DNA from: Turneriella sp.
Lineage (GTDB): Bacteria; Spirochaetota; Leptospiria; Turneriellales; Turneriellaceae
NCBI GenBank assembly: GCA_965279515.1
Contig: CBDIID010000003.1
Location: forward strand, 96,001 to 160,000
Direction of reading: 5' to 3'
Length of the DNA stretch: 64,000 nucleotides
The number at the start of each line of letters is the position of its first letter. Position 1 is the first letter of the stretch. Of the stretch, positions 61,991 to 64,000 are shown one piece after another. The translations under genes and the position numbers were made by a program. A model generated the notes under the pieces. It did no database searches, had not been told where the DNA came from, and worked only from the letters and a program-made list of their open reading frames with translations.

Positions 61991-62198
61991 AACGTGGAAT
62001 TTACCTGACGTTTGGTGACACTTGTGTCATTAATTTAATAAGGAAAGCCAAATTGTGTCACCAAATGTGCCCGGAGCGCCTCGCGGCAAAGCACAAAACA
62101 AGCGTCCCGCTTGTGCTTTGTCCGCGATCTTCTGGCGCGTAGGGCCGAGCACGCGAGGAGCCACGGCACCGCAGCGAGCGCAGCAGGTAAATTTTGTT
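61991..62198 (-). repeat. attC-like site R62 (C)
   Basis: AAC...GTT folded repeat. Confidence 0.85.
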
Positions 62199-62221
62199 GT
62201 ACGTCGTGTTTGGGGATCAAT

Positions 62222-63226
62222 TTAGTAAGGTGTTCTCTTTATCCAGTTAAGGTATTCTGGGCTTCGTTGACTTCCGTAGTTTGTAAGGGCTTCATTAAGC
62301 CAATCTTTGGGGTTTGGCTTTGCTTGAATATTAAACTTCGGATCATCCATACATTCCGCGAAGTAATATACTATTTTACCCTTATGACCGAAAATGGTGA
62401 CGATAGTTCTGGTTAGTTCGCCCCGTTCATTTGGGTGATGTTTTTTGTAGCTTTCAAGGTAAACAAAATACTCTAAGAGTTTATCGTATTGTATCGGCGC
62501 AGCTTTACCGACGAAGATTTTTTGGGGTTTCAAGAAAGATAGGTTTCGCCTCGCTTTACTTTCAAAATATTTATCAATCGCAGCTATGTTGTCAGACATT
62601 AGGTGTTTCTTTATATTTTCAAAGCTATGAATATCATTCGAGTAGTGGTATATTACCTGTTGGGATTGACTTGTGTCAAAACTAAAAAAATTACTGTCCG
62701 GAAAAACGGGCTTCAGTATGTAGGTTTGAGTTTTCTTATTGGGATCGAAGAGTTGAGTTAAAATTTTCTCAGATTCTTGTTCTGTTACTGTAGGACCATC
62801 ATCCTTCGGAAAAAAGATGCGCACTAAACTGTATATTTTTGGGGCTTCGTACAAAATGTAGGCAACATATGTTATTTTGAACTGAGGATCATCTTTGCTC
62901 TTTAAGACGGCCGAAAGTCGCGTTTTGCCAATTAAAGTACTAATCTTAATTTCACTCACATGCGGCTCGGCCTTAGATAACCATTCTTTTCTCCGCTGTT
63001 CTAAATCATCGATGTGAAAGCCGCCATATTCTACCTCCACTAATGGCATTGAAAATTTAGCTTTATCGGTCATGCCTGCGCTGAGCTCAATGGCCTTTAG
63101 GTCATTTTCTGTTGCGAAATAACTGGCTACTCTCCTGTTCGGAAAATTCGGGACAAATTTATATTCAGCAATATCTTCAGACCACAAGGGAATCGAAGCT
63201 AAAAAAACAAGGACTATTGCTTTCAT
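62222..63226 (-). CDS. Hypothetical exported protein
   Basis: 334 aa, signal peptide MKAIVLVFLASIPLWS. Confidence 0.7.
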   Translation of the reverse strand: MKAIVLVFLASIPLWSEDIAEYKFVPNFPNRRVASYFATENDLKAIELSAGMTDKAKFSMPLVEVEYGGFHIDDLEQRRKEWLSKAEPHVSEIKISTLIGKTRLSAVLKSKDDPQFKITYVAYILYEAPKIYSLVRIFFPKDDGPTVTEQESEKILTQLFDPNKKTQTYILKPVFPDSNFFSFDTSQSQQVIYHYSNDIHSFENIKKHLMSDNIAAIDKYFESKARRNLSFLKPQKIFVGKAAPIQYDKLLEYFVYLESYKKHHPNERGELTRTIVTIFGHKGKIVYYFAECMDDPKFNIQAKPNPKDWLNEALTNYGSQRSPEYLNWIKRTPY

Positions 63227-63282
63227 ATTCGGTTAATAGATTTTAGAAAGCCTATGGTGAAAAGTAAAATAGTCAAGCCACG

Positions 63283-63299
63283 TATGTCGTGATAGTACC
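63283..63299 (-). mobile_element. IS481 terminal remnant (17 bp)
   Basis: TATGTCGTGATAGTACC equals the IS end, at the same offset from attC as full copies. Confidence 0.7.
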
Positions 63300-63315
63300 C
63301 CCAAACATGACGTAC

Positions 63316-63524
63316 AACGTGGATTTTACGCTGACGTTTTTTGACGCTTGTGTCATTTAATCAATTTGTAAAGCCGATTTGCGTCAAAAAATGTGGTCGT
63401 AGCGGCTCGCGGCGACGCGCGAAAACACACCTCCCGGTGCGCGCGTCGTCCGCGATCTTTGCCGCGAAGACCCGAGCACGCGAGGAGCTACGGCACCGCA
63501 GCGGCGCAGCGCGTAAAATTTGTT
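63316..63524 (-). repeat. attC-like site R63 (A)
   Basis: AAC...GTT folded repeat. Confidence 0.85.
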
Positions 63525-63532
63525 GTGTGAAG

Positions 63533-64000
63533 TTAGCCAACGGGAGAATAGCCTTCTGCGACCAGAATTGAATAATCTATTTTGCGGAAGTTATGCTTTT
63601 CCTTTCCATCCGGTTTCGCATAGAGAAGATAATCTCCATTTACCTTAAAGCAAATACCGTGCAGCTCATATTGGTACATAATGCCCGGATTTTGGGGTAG
63701 GGTTTGGTATTCGTGGAGAATTCGATACTTTATGAGTATATCCTCAATTTGGCCAGCCTTGAGCAGGGCAGCTATTGATAAGTCGATTTCGCTGTATTCA
63801 TTAGCATTCAAAATATTTGTTGCATTGGGCTCTTCATGAAGCCATACTCCTAATTCGCCCAAAATATCGTCTGATTCCAAATAAGGCAACTCGTAGCCGA
63901 TAAATAACACAGGAGAATCTTGTATCTTAAGCGCTATGTCTTGATACCTATCGAAATCGTTGAATCGATATTCAGTAGAATAGATCTTCTGAATCTTTTT
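63533..64000 (-). CDS. Hypothetical protein, 5' end beyond window
   Basis: Frame of ORF 63533..63910 stays open to the window edge. Confidence 0.6.
   Translation of the reverse strand, partial: KKIQKIYSTEYRFNDFDRYQDIALKIQDSPVLFIGYELPYLESDDILGELGVWLHEEPNATNILNANEYSEIDLSIAALLKAGQIEDILIKYRILHEYQTLPQNPGIMYQYELHGICFKVNGDYLLYAKPDGKEKHNFRKIDYSILVAEGYSPVG

Larger units (their letters stand above)
118..63524 (-). mobile_element. Integron-like gene cassette array (superintegron/CALIN segment), 63 attC-like sites, continues past both window edges
   Basis: 63 related ~210-bp repeats bounded by AAC...GTT alternate with gene-sized unique cassettes; 13 TA cassettes; duplicated cassettes keep their left repeat; no integrase in window. 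Confidence 0.9.

Noticed and set aside
118..63524. CRISPR array interpretation of the regular repeats
   Set aside because: Repeats are ~210 bp and variable, intervening units are gene-sized, and no cas genes are present.
143..63571. Dozens of recurring 60-130 aa ORFs (MTLVSFIQ..., MTLRSTL..., ...RARSYGTAA...) as a repeated protein family
   Set aside because: They lie within the GC-rich attC-like repeats on both strands and in varying frames, with no consistent start or stop; shadow ORFs.
1..64000. Integron integrase, reverse transcriptase (retron, DGR, group II intron) or HUH/RAYT transposase explaining the repeats
   Set aside because: No ORF shows tyrosine recombinase, YADD-type RT or HUH motifs; any such enzyme must lie outside the window.
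1..64000. tRNA or rRNA genes
   Set aside because: No cloverleaf with T-loop/CCA or rRNA signatures recognised; the structured elements are the cassette repeats.

Overview
The whole window is an internal segment of a very large integron-like gene-cassette array. I count 63 long (~185-215 bp) imperfect-palindromic repeats bounded by AAC...GTT (attC-like, but longer than the usual 57-141 bp, multi-branched and mosaic), each separating a 0.2-1.6 kb cassette. Duplicated cassettes always travel with the repeat on their left, and most single-gene cassettes read on the minus strand, so the array top strand is minus. No integrase lies in the window; intI/attI is predicted beyond the right edge. Cargo: 13 type II toxin-antitoxin cassettes, many lipoproteins and secreted or membrane hypotheticals, immunity- and defence-like genes (SMI1/KNR4, HEPN-like, HNH-DGQHK fusion, ATP-grasp), and two families of gene-less cassettes (5 and 2 copies). 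Unexplained structure: (i) 26 cassettes, including 19 of 20 with inverted (+) genes, are bracketed by a pair of same-strand C-ANGGAN-G hairpins matching the CsrA/RsmE motif; (ii) most cassettes have their own 15-27 bp terminal inverted repeat with a near-invariant G:T wobble at position 11; (iii) an IS481-family element (4 full copies plus a scar) inserts in one orientation at a near-fixed 15-bp offset from the attC core; (iv) an IS1182 sits exactly in a core GTT. The lipoprotein-rich cargo suggests a spirochete (Leptospirales-like) host; this is inference only. All family names come from motif recognition, not database searches.
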